Below are positions 21,411 through 33,803 of a stretch of 64,000 nucleotides of DNA, piece after piece (the first letter of the stretch is position 1; each line of letters starts with the position of its first letter). A program made the translations under genes and the position numbers. Under the pieces are notes generated by a model that had not been told where the DNA came from, did not search any database, and was given only the letters and a program-made list of their open reading frames with translations. Origin of the DNA: an uncultured Planctomycetota bacterium (GTDB taxonomy: Bacteria > Planctomycetota > Planctomycetia > Isosphaerales > Isosphaeraceae); assembly GCA_963823665.1 (NCBI GenBank), contig CAWGMQ010000007.1:384001-448000 (forward strand). Reading direction: 5' to 3'.

Positions 21411-24400
21411 ATGACTCGCATCGAAGTGAAGCCTGAGCGATGGCGCCGCCGAGGGACCAAAGCCGGCAGAAGCCGGCGGCTGCGGCCGATGGTGATGGCG
21501 CTCGAGGGCCGTGCGCTGCTCTCGACGATCTCCGTCAGCAACACGAGCGACAGCGGCGCCGGCTCGCTGCGCGCGGCGATCAACCAGGCGAATACGGACG
21601 GTGGGGGCGACACGATCGTCTTCTCCAGCCTGTTCGACACCCCGCAGACGATCACCCTGACCAGCGGCTACCTCGAGCTGACCGGAACCGAGGCCGGCAC
21701 CACGATCGCCGGCCCGGGCGCGAACCTGTTGTCTGTCAGCGGCGACGATGACAGCCGGGTGTTCCTGGTCGATACGAAAGTCACCGCGTCCATCTCGGGC
21801 CTGACGATCACCGGCGGCAACGCTGGCAAGTCCCGCGGCGGCGGTCTGTATAACAGGGGCGCGCTGAACCTGACCGATTGCACCGTCAGCGGCAACACGT
21901 CATCCGGGCAAGGCGGCGGCCTGGACAACTTCGGCACGATCTACAACACGGCCACGCTGAACCTGGCCGATTGCACCGTCAGCGGCAACTCCGCCCGGTA
22001 CGGCGGCGGGCTGCTGAACGACAACGGCGTTACCTCGCTGACCAATTGCACTGTCAGCGGCAACTCCGCCCGGTACGGCGGCGGCCTGGACAACGACGGC
22101 CTGACCTCGCTGACCAATTGCACCGTCAGCGGCAACTCCGCCCCCTACGGCGGCGGCCTGCGGAACTACGGCACGACCACGCTGACCAACACGATCGTCG
22201 CCGGCAACAACGGCGGCGACGTCTCGGGCAGCTACTCCGGAGGCAATAACCTGATTGGAGGCAACCCGCTCTTGGCGGCGCTGGGCGACTACGGCGGGCC
22301 GACCTTCACCATGCCCCCGCTCCCCGGTAGCCCTGCCATCGGCGCGGGCACAACCACCGGCGCCCCCGCCACCGACCGGCGCGGCCAGCCGCGCTCCGGT
22401 ACCAACGACATCGGCGCCTTCCAGGGACAGGGCGCCACCTGGGTGGTCAACGACGCATCCGACGGCGTCGGCTCCCCACCCGGCGGGCTCAGCCTCCGCC
22501 AGGCGATCAACCTCGCCAATGCCCTCGGCACGGCCGACACGATCACGTTCTCGAGCCTGTTCGACACCTCCCAGACGATCACCCTTACCGCCGGGCAGCT
22601 CTCGCTGACCGACAATGCGACCATCACCATCGATGGCCCCGGGGCCAAGCTGCTGACGGTCAGCGGCGGCGGTAAGAGCCGGGTGTTCGACGTCGAGGGT
22701 GGTTCCGCGGCGCTTGAGGGCCTGACGATCAGCGGAGGTAACGCCTCGACCGGCGGTGGACTTTTTGACCACGGCGGCATGTTGTCGCTCGCCGACTGCA
22801 CCATCAGCGGCAACTCTGGTGTCGTTGGCGGCGGCCTGTATAACAGCCAGGGCGGCGCGACCTCAATGACCAGTTGCACCTTGAGCGGTAACTCCGCCCG
22901 GTACAGCGCCGGCGGCCTGTTTAACTGGGGCACGGCCACGCTGACCAATTGCACGTTGAGCGGCAACAACACCGGCAGGGGCGGCGGCGGCCTGTTCAAC
23001 GACCAGGGCGGCACGGCCACGCTGACCAATTGCACCTTGAGCGGCAACACCGCCGCCGGGCCCGGCGGTGGCCTGTATAACGACGACGGCACGACCAACC
23101 TGACCCTGACCAATTGCACCGTCAGTAGCAATTACTCCCGCTATTGCGGCGGCCTGGACAACTCCGGCACGGCCACGCTGACCAACACGATCGTCGCCGG
23201 CAACGACGGCGGCGACGTCTCCGGCAGCTACACCGGGGGCAATAACCTGATTGGCGGCAACCCGCTCTTGGCGCCTCTGGGCGACTACGGCGGGCCGACT
23301 CAGACCATGGCCCTGCTCCCCGGCAGCCCGGCCATCGGCAAGGGCATCATCGTCGACTACCCGGGCACGAGTACGCCGATTGTGACCGACCAGCGTGGCG
23401 AGAAGCTCGACTCACCCACCCCCGACATCGGCGCCTTCCAGAGCCAGGGCTTCACGCTCACCCCGGTCGCCGGCAGTACCCCGCAGTCGACCATGGCGGG
23501 CGCGGCTTTCGCCAACCCACTGCCTGTCACCGTGACGGCCAACAACCCGGTCGAGCCGGTCGACGGGGGCGTCGTCAACTTTGCCGTCCCGACGGCGGTC
23601 GGCGGCGCCTCGGCGACGCTCTCGGCCGCCACCGTGATGATTGCCGACGGCCAGGCGGCGGTGAACGCCACGGCTAACCTCACGCTCGGGTCGTACACCG
23701 CCGCCGCGTCGGCGGCCGGCGCCGGTCAGGTCGGCATCTCGCTGACGAACACGCAGCCCTACAGCCTGGTGGTCAATGCCACAGAAGACCTGCCGCTCGA
23801 GACCGACGCACAGAACAGCCTGCGCGCGGCGATCAACTACGCCGACACACTCACCGGCCCCATTATCATCACCTTCGACGCCTCCGTCTTCGGCACGACG
23901 CCGCAGACGATCACCCTGACCGGGGGCCAGCTCGTGCTGAACGGCGGGGCGACCATCACGATCGCCGGGCCCGGGGCCGAGCTGCTGACCGTCAGCGGCG
24001 GCGGCACGAGCCAGGTCTTCGACATCGAGGGAGGGTCGCTGGCGCTCGCGGGGCTGACGATCAGCGGAGGTAATGCCGCGAACGGCGGTGGACTTTATGA
24101 CCACGGCGGCATCTTGTCGCTCACCGACTGCACCGTCAGCGGCAACTCCGCTGGGGCCGGCGGCGGCCTGTTTACCAGCCACGGCGGCACGACCTCGTTG
24201 ACCGGCTGCATCGTCAGCGGCAACACCGCTACGCTCGGCGGCGGCCTGCTTAACTACGGCACGGCCACGCTGACCGAATGCACCATCAGCAGCAACACCG
24301 CCGGAGCTGGGCAAGGCGGCGGCCTGGCCAACCTCGGCACGGCCAAGGTCACCGTGACCGATTGCACCGTCAGCGGCAACTCCTCCGCCGGCGGCGGCGG

Positions 24401-27400
24401 CCTGTTCAACCTCGGCGCGGCCACCGTGACCCTGGCCAATTGCACGGTCAGCGGCAACTCTGCTGGCGCTGGGGGAGGCGGCGGCCTGGCTAACAACAAC
24501 GGCTTGATCTCGCTGACCAATTGCACCGTAAGCGGCAACACCGCTGGCGACGGCGGCGGCATAGCCGACGGCGGTTTCACGCCCAGCCTGACCCTGACCA
24601 ATTGCACGCTCAGCGGCAACACCGCCCCGACCGGCTCGGGCGGCGGCCTGGTGATCCCGAGCGGCGGCACGACGACGCTGACCAACACGATCGTCGCCGG
24701 CAACAACGGCGGCGACGTCTCCGGCGGCACGCCCGGCGGGGCCAACAACCTGATCGGCGGCAACCCGCTCTTGGCGGCGCTGGGCGACTACGGCGGGCCG
24801 ACCTTCACCATGCCCCCGCTTCCCGGTAGCCCGGCAATCGGCGGGGGCACAACCACCGGCGCCCCCGCCACCGACCGGCGCGGCCAGCCGCGCACCGGTA
24901 CCATCGACATCGGCGCCTTCCAGGGACAGGGCACCACCTGGATGGTCAACGACGCATCCGACGGCGTCGGCTCCGCACCCGGCGGGCTCAGCCTCCGCCA
25001 GGCGCTCAACCTCGCCAATACCCTCGGCACGGCCGACACGATCACCTTCTCGAGCCTGTTCGACACCCCCCAAACGATCACCCTGACCGGCGGGCCGCTC
25101 TCGCTGACCGACAAGGCGACCACCACCATCGATGGCCCCGGGGCCAAGCTGCTGACGGTCAGCGGCGGCGGTAAGAGCCGGGTGTTCGTCGTCGAGGGTG
25201 GTTCCGCGGCGCTGGCGGGCCTGACGATCAGCGGCGGCAGCGCCGACGACGACGGCGGCGGCCTGTTGAACAACGGCGGCACGCTCGGGCTGAGTGACGT
25301 CACGGTCACCGGCAATGTGGACGCCAATGACGGCGGCGGCGTGTACACCGCCTCCGGCACGACCACGCTGACCGATTGCGTCGTCAGCGGCAACTCCGCT
25401 GCGGACGGCGGCGGCGGCTTGTTTAATAGCCCGGGCGGCGCAACCTCGCTGACCGATTGCACCTTGAGCGGTAACTCCGGCCGGTACAGCGCCGGCGGCC
25501 TGTTTAACCAGGGCACGGCCACGCTGACCAATTGCACCTTGAGCGGCAACACCACCACCAAGGACGGCGGCGGCCTGTTGCAACGGCGAGGGAGGCACAG
25601 CCACGCTGATCGATTGCACCTTGAGCGGCAACTCCGCCTCTGGGCACGGCGGCGGCCTGTTTAGCGACGGCGGCTCGACCTACCTGACCCTGACCAATTG
25701 CACCGTCAGTGGCAACTCAGCCCCCGATGGCGGCGGCCTGCGTAACTACGGCACGGCCACGCTGACCAACACGATCGTCGCCGGCAACTCGAGCGTGGAC
25801 GTCAGCGGCCCGATCTCGGACAGCGCGAACAACTTGGTCGGCGGTAATCCGCTGCTGGCGCCTCTGGGCGACTACGGCGGGCCGACCCAGACCATGGCCC
25901 TGCTCCCCGGCAGCCCGGCCATCGGCAAGGGCATCATCGCCGACTACCCGGGCACGAGTACGCCGATCACGACCGACCAGCGGGACCTCAAGCTCGACTC
26001 GCCCACCCCCGACATCGGCGCCTTCCAGAGCCAGGGCTTCACCCTCACCCCCGTCGACGGCAGCAACCCGCAGTCGACCATGGCCGGCGCGGCATTCGCC
26101 AACCCGCTGGCCGTCACCGTGACGGCCAACGACCCCCTCGAGCCGGTCGACGGGGGCGTCGTCAACTTTGCCGTCACGACGGCGGCCGGCGGTGCCACGG
26201 CGACGCTCTCGGCGGCCACGGTGATCGTCGCCGGCGGCCAGGCCAGCGTGACGGCCACGGCCAACGTCAAGCTCGGCCAGTACTCGGCCAGCGCTAGTGC
26301 GGTCGGGGCCGGTCTAGCCGGCTTCTCGTTGACCAACACCCAGGCGTACAGCCTGGTGGTCAATACCACCCAGGACCTGCTGCTCGAGACCGACGGACAA
26401 AACAGCCTGCGCACGGCGATCAACTACGCTGACACCCTCACCGGCCCCAGCACCATGACCTTCGACCCGGCCGACTTCGGCACCACGCCCCAGACCATCA
26501 CCCTGATCCTCGGCGAGCTGACGCTCTCCAACACAGCCACCATCACGATCGTTGGTCCAGGGGCCAAGCTGCTGACGTTGAGCGGCGGCGGTAAGACCCG
26601 GGTGTTCGACATCGAGGGAGGGTCGGCGGCGCTCGAGGGGCTGACGATCACGGGCGGTAACAGCGTCTCCAGCTCTAACGACTCGAGCGGCGGCGGACTT
26701 CTTGTCAACGGCGGCACGTTGTCGCTGACCAATTGCACCGTCAGCGGCAACTCCGCCCCTGGGCAGGGCGGCGGCCTGTGGGAATACCACGGCAGTCTGT
26801 CGCTGACCGATTGCACCGTCAGCGGCAACTCCGCCCCCTATGGCGGCGGCGGACTTTTTGACAACGGCGGCACGTTGTCGCTGACCGATTGCACCGTCAG
26901 CGGCAACTCCGCGCCCTCTGGCGACGGCGGCGGCCTGGACAACAAGTACGGCACGGCGACGCTGACCAATTGCACCCTCAGCGGCAACACCGCTGTGAAC
27001 TTCGGCGGCGGCCTGTATAGCACCTGGAACACCAGGACCACGCTGACCGATTGCGCCGTCAGCAGCAACTCCGCGGCGTACGGCGGTGGCCTGCTTAACA
27101 AGGGCGGCTTCGCCACGGCGGCGCTGATCCTGACCGATTGCACTTTCAGCGCCAACTCCGCTGGCGCTGGGAAGGGCGGCGGCCTGCTTAACGATGGGGC
27201 GGCCGCGCTGACCGATTGCACCGTGAGCGGCAACACCGCGGCGGATGGCGGCGGCCTGTTTAACGCCGGCACGGCCGCGCTGACTGATTGCACGTTGAAT
27301 GGCAACACCGCTGCGGGCGCCCACCAGGGCTACGGCGGAGGCCTGTATAACCTGGACACGACCACGCTGATCAATTGCACCTTGAGCGGCAACGACGCTG

Positions 27401-29380
27401 CGCACGGCGGCGGCCTGGACAACAGCGGCTCGGCCATTGACTCGGCCATTGCGGCCCTGACCGGTTGCACGGTGAGCGGCAACACCGCTGTCGGCAGCGG
27501 TGGCCTGGGTAACTACGGCGGCGGCCTTTATAACTTCAGCGGGGACTCGATGGCGCTGACCAACACGATTGTCGCCGGCAATGGCGACGGCGGCGCCGCC
27601 AGTGACATCGCCGGTCCCGGTACTGCTTCGGGCTCGTTTGACCTGATTGGCACCGGCGGCTCGGGTGGGCTGATCAACGGGGTCGACCACAATATAGTCG
27701 GCGTCGCCGCCCCCATGGTCGGCACGCTGGGCAACTATGGCGGGCCGACGCAGACGATCCCGCTCCTACCCGGCAGCCCGGCGATCGGCGGGGGCACCAC
27801 CGGCGGCGCCGCCACCGACCAGCGCGGCCAGCCGCGGACCGGGCACGTCGCCATCGGCGCCTTCCAGAGCCAGGGTTTCACCCTCACCCCCGTCACCGGC
27901 AGCAGCCCGCAGACGGCCGCACCCGGGACGGCGTTCCAGAACCCGCTGGTGGTGACGGTGACGGCCAACAACCCCGTCGAGCCGGTCGACGGCGGGGTGA
28001 TCACATTCACCGCGGCGTCGGCCGGCGGCGCTTCGGCCAAGCTCTCGGCCGCCTCGGCGACCATCGCGGGCGGGCAGGCCGCAGTGACCGCCACGGCCAA
28101 TGGCAGAGCCGGAGGTTATTCCGTCACTGCGACGGCCGCCGGAGCCTCTTCGGCCCCTTTCTCCCTGACCAACGGCCAGACGCTGGCATCACCCGGCCCG
28201 ATCCCGACGCCTGCACCGTCCCCCACCCCCGGCCCGACAACGACCGCTCACGATGTGGTGCTCGAGTTTTACAACCTGGCGAGCCTGCGCAGCGATCGCT
28301 TACGCCGACAACCACGCAGGTCCCGACACCATAACCTTCGATCCCGACCCGCAGGGCACCAAGCGTCGGACGATCCGGCTGGTCGGTGGCCCGCTGGTGC
28401 TCACCAACCCGGCCACCACCACGATCATCGGTCCGGGTGCCCGATTGCTAACGATCAGCGGCGGCCGCAGGAGCCGGGTTTTCGACATCCAGCGCGGTTC
28501 GCTGGCGCTAGAAGGAATGACAATCACCGGCGGTTCGGCTGTTCGCGGCGGCGGCATACTCAACGACCGCGGTACACTGGCACTGGACCACGTCGTCCTC
28601 CGCGGCAACCGCGCCCTCGTTGGTGGCGGCCTTTACAACAACGGTGCGGCGACGCTCTTCGACGTGGTGATCCGCGGCAACACCGCCCGTTCGGGCTCTG
28701 GCCTTTTCAGCGCCCGCGCAGCGACCCTCAACTGGCGCGACCTCACGCGTCCTGAGTCCACGCATCCGATCGTCGTCGATCACTTCAACGGCAAGGGCGG
28801 AATCCCCACGAACTGGACACAGTTCGAAGGTCAACCGGGCGACGTCGTTGAGAAGCCGCACCATCTCACCATCACTGACTCCGCCGGCAACTCCGCGGGG
28901 ATCGTGTCGACTGCGAACACTGTGCCCTTCAATCCCGTGGGGGTGAAGACGACGATCGTGGCGCGGATCAAATCGCTCAATTCGAATGCCAGCGCCATGT
29001 TCGGACTCATTGGCCTGGACGCGCAAAATTCGCCGGCGGGGTACCTGGCGGCGGGGATCGATGCTCACGGCAACGTGTTCATCGTCTCGAGCATCGCCCC
29101 GACGCTCAAACTGACGCCGAAGCTGATCGGCGCGGTCAAGGGCTACAGCGGCAAATCGATCACCTTGACTTTCACCATCAAGTCAATGGGTGTCGAAGTG
29201 GAGGGAGGGGGCTTCAAATCCGGCTTGATCCGCTTCAAGGACTTATCCAATTTCTCGCTGGCGGCTGCATTCCCAAACGGCAATGCGCGCCCGGCGCTGG
29301 GGGCAGCGAGTCAGCCGGGTCAGAGCGGCGGCTCGGCGAGCTTCGGCTCGATCCGGGTCAGCACGGTCCTCGGGAGGTGA
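21411..29380 (+). CDS. Giant (~2650 aa) beta-helix / choice-of-anchor-Q-like repeat protein (paralogue 2); frameshifts near 25580 and 28290
   Basis: ORFs 21411-25664, 25621-28755 and 28253-29380 continue the same repeats (LTNCTVSGN, GGGL.N, LAPLGDYGGPTQTMALLPGSPAIG, DQRG..DIGAFQ). Confidence 0.85.
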
Positions 29381-29559
29381 TGAAGCGCGGCGGCGGCGAT
29401 CGCGGCGGCACGCTGGCGCTGGACCACGTGATCCGCGGCAACAGCGATTGTATCCAAAACGGTCTGTTTAACTCACGGCGGGCGAAGTTTTCCTGGCGGC
29501 AGTTGCCGACAGAGGATGCGTAAGTCTCGGTTTTCCCTCGAATTACCGGAGAATTCAGC

Positions 29560-31922
29560 ATGAATCTCATCGAGCTCAAGTCTGATCGCGGGCGCGGACG
29601 AGGGACTATCGGCGCCAAAACCCGGCGGCTGCGTCCGTCTCTCATGGCGCTCGAAGGTCGCACACTGCTCTCGACCTTCACGGTTACCAGTACCGACGAC
29701 AGCGCCCCGGCCGGCAATCCGGCCGCCGGAACGCTGCGCTGGGCCGTCGAGCAGGCCGACACGAATGATCAGGCCGACACGATTGTCTTTTCCAGCCTGT
29801 TCGACACGCCCCAGACAATCGCCCTCGACCAAGGCACACTGCAGATCACGGACACGGCGAAGACAACATTCACCGGCCCGGGGGCCAGCCTTTTGAAGGT
29901 CGACGGCAGCGCGGGGCCCGGCGGCCCGGTCTTCGAGGTCACGAAGGGTGCGGCGGCGGCGCTCTCGGGGCTCACGATCACCGGCGGCTACGCGAATGAC
30001 GCGGGTGGTGGTGTGTTCAACGACGACGGCCAACTGACGATGACCGACGTGGTCGTGCGCGGCAACGAGGCGGGCAGCACCGACAGTTCCCCGGTCGGCG
30101 GCGGCCTGGCCACGTGGGACGGCGGCACGACCACGCTTTCCAACTGCACGATCAGCGGCAACGCTGTCTCTAACGGAGGCAGCGGCAGTAGCGGCGGCAT
30201 CTACAATGGATCTTACGACACGCTAATCATGACCGACTGCACGATCAGCAACAACTCCGACACCCAGTCTGGCGGTGGCCTTTTCAGCGCCGGCAACGCC
30301 ACGCTGACCGATGTCACCATCGCGGGCAACTCCGCGCCCACAGGCGGCGGCCTGGTCAGTACCGGCACGCTCGCGATGGTCGGCTGCACCGTAAGCGGCA
30401 ATTCGGCCGGCCTTGGCGGCGGCCTGCTGACATACGAAGGCGGCGATATCAAGCTGACCAGTTGCACGATCAGCGGGAACATCGCCGCCGGCGTCAGCCC
30501 CTTCAGCGGCCAGGGCGGTGGCGTATTCAACTTCCGCGCCACTCTGACGCTCACCAACTGCACCCTCAGCGGCAACTCGGCGGGTGTCAGCGGCGGCGGA
30601 CTGCAAAACGGGAGCTCGGGGCCTCCGGTCTTCGCGACGTCTGGAGCAACCGCGGCGGGTGCCACCCGCGGCGTCAATGACGATCAAAGCACGATCTCTT
30701 TGACTAACTGCACCGTTAGCGGTAACACCGCCTACGACATTGGCGGCGGGTTGGCGAATTACGATACGCTCTCGCTGACGAACACGATCGTCGCCGGCAA
30801 TAGTGGCGGCGACGTCGTCGACTCCGGCGGTTCGCAGACCGGCAGCAATAACCTGATCGGCGGCAACTTGCTGCTTTCGCCCCTCGGCGATTACGGCGGC
30901 CCGACTGCCACCATGGCCCTGCTTCCCGGCAGCCCCGCCATCGGCGGTGGCACGAGCGGAGGCGCCCAAGCCTCGACCAGCGCGGACAGCCACGCTCGGG
31001 GCACGTCGACATCGGCGCCTTCCAAAGTCAGGGCTTCACGATCGCACCCACGGGCGGCAGCAACCCCCAGTCGACCCCGGTCAATCAGCCGTTCCCGAAG
31101 CCGCTGGTCTTTACCGTGACGGCCAATAATCCCGCCGAGCCGGTCGACAGCGGCATCGTGCGCTTCGTCGTCACATCACCTGGCGGCGCCTCCGCCAGGC
31201 TGTCGGCCTCTACAGCGACCATCGCCGGCGGCGTGGTGACTGTCACAGCTACGGCCAACGCGACGATGGGCAACTACGTCGTCAGCGCGACGGCCACCGG
31301 GGCGGACCCAGACGGATTCATCTTGACCAACACCGAGCGACCCAGCCTGGTTGTCACGACCAACCTGGATACCCTGGACGACACCGACGGCCTGACCAGC
31401 CTGCGCGAGGCGATCGCTTACGCCGACAGCCTCCCAGGACCGAGCACCATCACCTTTTCCCGCGCCGTCTTTGGCACCAAGCGTCGGACAATCCGGCTGA
31501 CCGGCGGACCACTAGTCCTCTCTGACCCGGCCACCACCACGATCGTCGGCCCAGGCGCCAGGCGGCTGACGATCGGCGGCGGCGGCAAGAGTGGGGTCTT
31601 CGACGTCGAGGGTGGGTCGCTCTCCCTCTCGGGCGTAACGATCGCCAACGGTAACGCCGACCTCGGAGGCGGGCTGCGGAACGACGGTGGCAGGCTCGTG
31701 CTGACCAACGTGTTGATTCAGGGCAATCGCGCCATCGTCGGCGGAGGGCTATTCAACGACGGCCGCACAACGCTCAGCGCCGTGTCGATCAAGGGCAACC
31801 GCGCCCGCGTGGGCAGTGGAATGTTCAACACCCGCGCGGCGACACTCGTGTGGCGTCGGACTCCGGCGGCCATCCGCCAAATGGCCCGCGTTCACCGCAC
31901 CGAGACGGAGCCAACACCGTGA
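29560..31922 (+). CDS. Beta-helix / choice-of-anchor-Q-like repeat protein (paralogue 3); frameshift near 30970
   Basis: RRLRPSLMALEGRTLLS; same repeats; DGLTSLREAIAYA CSLREA-like motif; ORFs 29560-31119 and 31116-31922. Confidence 0.85.
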
Positions 31923-32755
31923 ATCGCACGCTTCCCAGCACCCCGGCGTCGTATGTGCTCGCCACCGGCGAGGCTGCTGCGCACCGCCTGCGCATCTTGC
32001 ACGGGCTTTACGGACCAGGCAGTCGCCGCGTGCTCCTCGAAGCGGGTCTCCGCAGGGGAATGCGCGTCGCCGACTTCGGCTGCGGTGTCGGCCTGGTGAC
32101 CGCCTTGCTCGCCGAGCTGGTCGGGCACGAGGGGCACGTCGTCGGCCTCGACGCCAGCGCCGCGCAGCTCGACCAGGCACGTAAGCGCATGCCTGCCGGC
32201 AGCACAAACATCCGCTTCGCCCTGGCCAGTGCCACCGACTCGGGCTTGCCGCCTGCGTCGTTCGACCTCGTCTATTGCCGCTTCCTCCTGCTCCACCTCA
32301 CCGAGCCGGAACGAGCCTTGCGCGAGATGGGAGCCCTGCTCAAGCCGAACGCCATCCTGGTGTGTGAGGATGGCGACCTGACCACGGCAGGCAGCGAGCC
32401 TCCGTCGGCACTGGGAGCGTTTGCTGATCTGTGGGGCCGGCTGGGCCCGTCGCGGGGGGTGGATTACACCCTCGGCCGCCGCCTGTTTCAGATGGTTCAG
32501 GCCGCCAGCTTCCCGGCGCCGGAGATCGCCTTCAACCAGCCGGTCCTGGCACGCGGTGAGAACAAGCGATTTCTGGAGCTGTCGGTCGCCGAAGCGGGGC
32601 CCGCGTTTGTGGACGCAGGATTGATCACGGCGGAGCAGCTCGAGCGCACCGTTGCGGAAATGTGTCGTCTGAACGCGGACGATAACGTCGTCGCGGTGAT
32701 GCCGCGCATGGCGCAGGTGTGGGCGCGGAAGCCTGCTGGTCTTACAGGGGGTTAG
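31919..32755 (+). CDS. Class I SAM-dependent methyltransferase
   Basis: VADFGCGVG, VVGLDAS, FDLVYCRFLLLHL; GTG start overlaps upstream TGA (GTGA). Confidence 0.9.
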   Translation: MNRTLPSTPASYVLATGEAAAHRLRILHGLYGPGSRRVLLEAGLRRGMRVADFGCGVGLVTALLAELVGHEGHVVGLDASAAQLDQARKRMPAGSTNIRFALASATDSGLPPASFDLVYCRFLLLHLTEPERALREMGALLKPNAILVCEDGDLTTAGSEPPSALGAFADLWGRLGPSRGVDYTLGRRLFQMVQAASFPAPEIAFNQPVLARGENKRFLELSVAEAGPAFVDAGLITAEQLERTVAEMCRLNADDNVVAVMPRMAQVWARKPAGLTGG

Positions 32756-32806
32756 GACGGCTTGACCTTGCGCTTGAGCCACCTCCTGTCTGGCCTCGCG
32801 CGCTAA

Positions 32807-32948
32807 GAGCGTGTCTGCGAATTGCGGTCGTGTGCGGAAGGGCTCTCACGCCGGTTCTCTCCCCGAGGGAGAGGGAGCGATAAGTCGTCGCGTCGGATTC
32901 CTCAACGGGTACAGGACCTTATCGCACGTTGAATTCGCAGAGACGCTC
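32807..32948. mobile_element. 142-bp MITE-like element with 17-bp terminal inverted repeats
   Basis: GAGCGTGTCTGCGAATT ... AATTCGCAGAGACGCTC (1 mismatch); flanks TAA / CAA; internal CTCTCCCCGAGGGGAGAG and GCGATAAG/CTTATCGC palindromes. Confidence 0.65.
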
Positions 32949-32981
32949 CAAGGGCGCCGAGTCGATCGGATCGCGCCACGA

Positions 32982-33041
32982 ATCGGAATGGGGCGTTGCT
33001 GCATATCGCTGCGGCGAGGGACTGTTACAATCGGGTTTCTT
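32982..33041 (+). promoter_or_regulatory. Duplicated 60-bp promoter-like segment, copy A (extended -10 TGTTACAAT)
   Basis: Near-identical to 34989-35048. Confidence 0.6.
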
Positions 33042-33077
33042 GAGTTCCGGCCCGGCGATCGATCAGGGGGTGCGGTG

Positions 33078-33586
33078 ATGCATTATCAGGTCGATGAAAA
33101 CTGGCTTCTTCTGCCAGAAGCAACGCGATTCGTCGAACTTGCCGGTGTGGCCACCGACTCGCGCGACCGCGTCTTTGTCTTCGCTCGCGGCGAAACCCCG
33201 ATCATGGTCTTCGACCGCGAGGGTCGGTTCCAGTTCTCCTGGGGTGAGGGCCTCTTGCGCGGCCCCACGGGATCACGATCGGACCGGATGATGCTGTCTA
33301 CATCACGGACGATCTCGACCACACGATCAGGAAGTTCACACCTGATGGGGACCTCTTGCTGACCTTCGGCAAGAGCGGCGTTGCGTCAGACACCGGGGCG
33401 ACCAGCCAGGATTTCCGCAGTATTCGCCGCGCCGGTGCACCGTTTCATTACCCCACGAACGTGGCCCTGGCGGCGGACGGGTCGCTCTATATCAGTGATG
33501 GATATGGAAACGTGCGCATGCATAAGTGTTCACACGATGGCCGGCATCTTTTGTCGTGGGGGGAGCCGGGCGCCCTACCGGGGCAG
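33078..33586 (+). pseudogene. Truncated duplicate of the NHL-repeat gene at 36153
   Basis: MHYQVDENWLLLPEA... matches 36153-36661 at DNA level; frameshift ~33256; homology stops abruptly after PGALPGQ. Confidence 0.85.
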
Positions 33587-33609
33587 CCGCGTGCGGGCCG
33601 CGTCACCTC

Positions 33610-33800
33610 AGACCCTCGTCAAGCAGGCCGGTTTGCAACGGCTCGTCCTCTATCGCCCGGCGACCCTGGCCGATCTCACGGCCCCCGACCCGCGGCCGAT
33701 CACCTGGGGTTGCTTCAGCCCCGATGAGGGCCGCCTGGCGGTGGCGGGCGCGAGCCACTTGATCCACGTTTGGGATCTGCGGCGGATTCGGAGGCAGTTG
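33610..33800 (+). pseudogene. Fragment resembling the last WD40 repeat of a planctomycete kinase
   Basis: LADLTAPDPRPITWGCFSPDEGRLAVAGASHLIHVWDLRRIRRQL. Confidence 0.55.
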
Positions 33801-33803
33801 ATC

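Noticed and set aside
25560..28310. Programmed frameshifting or phase variation in the giant beta-helix gene
   Set aside because: No slippery heptamer or long simple repeat at the break points, and similar breaks occur throughout the window
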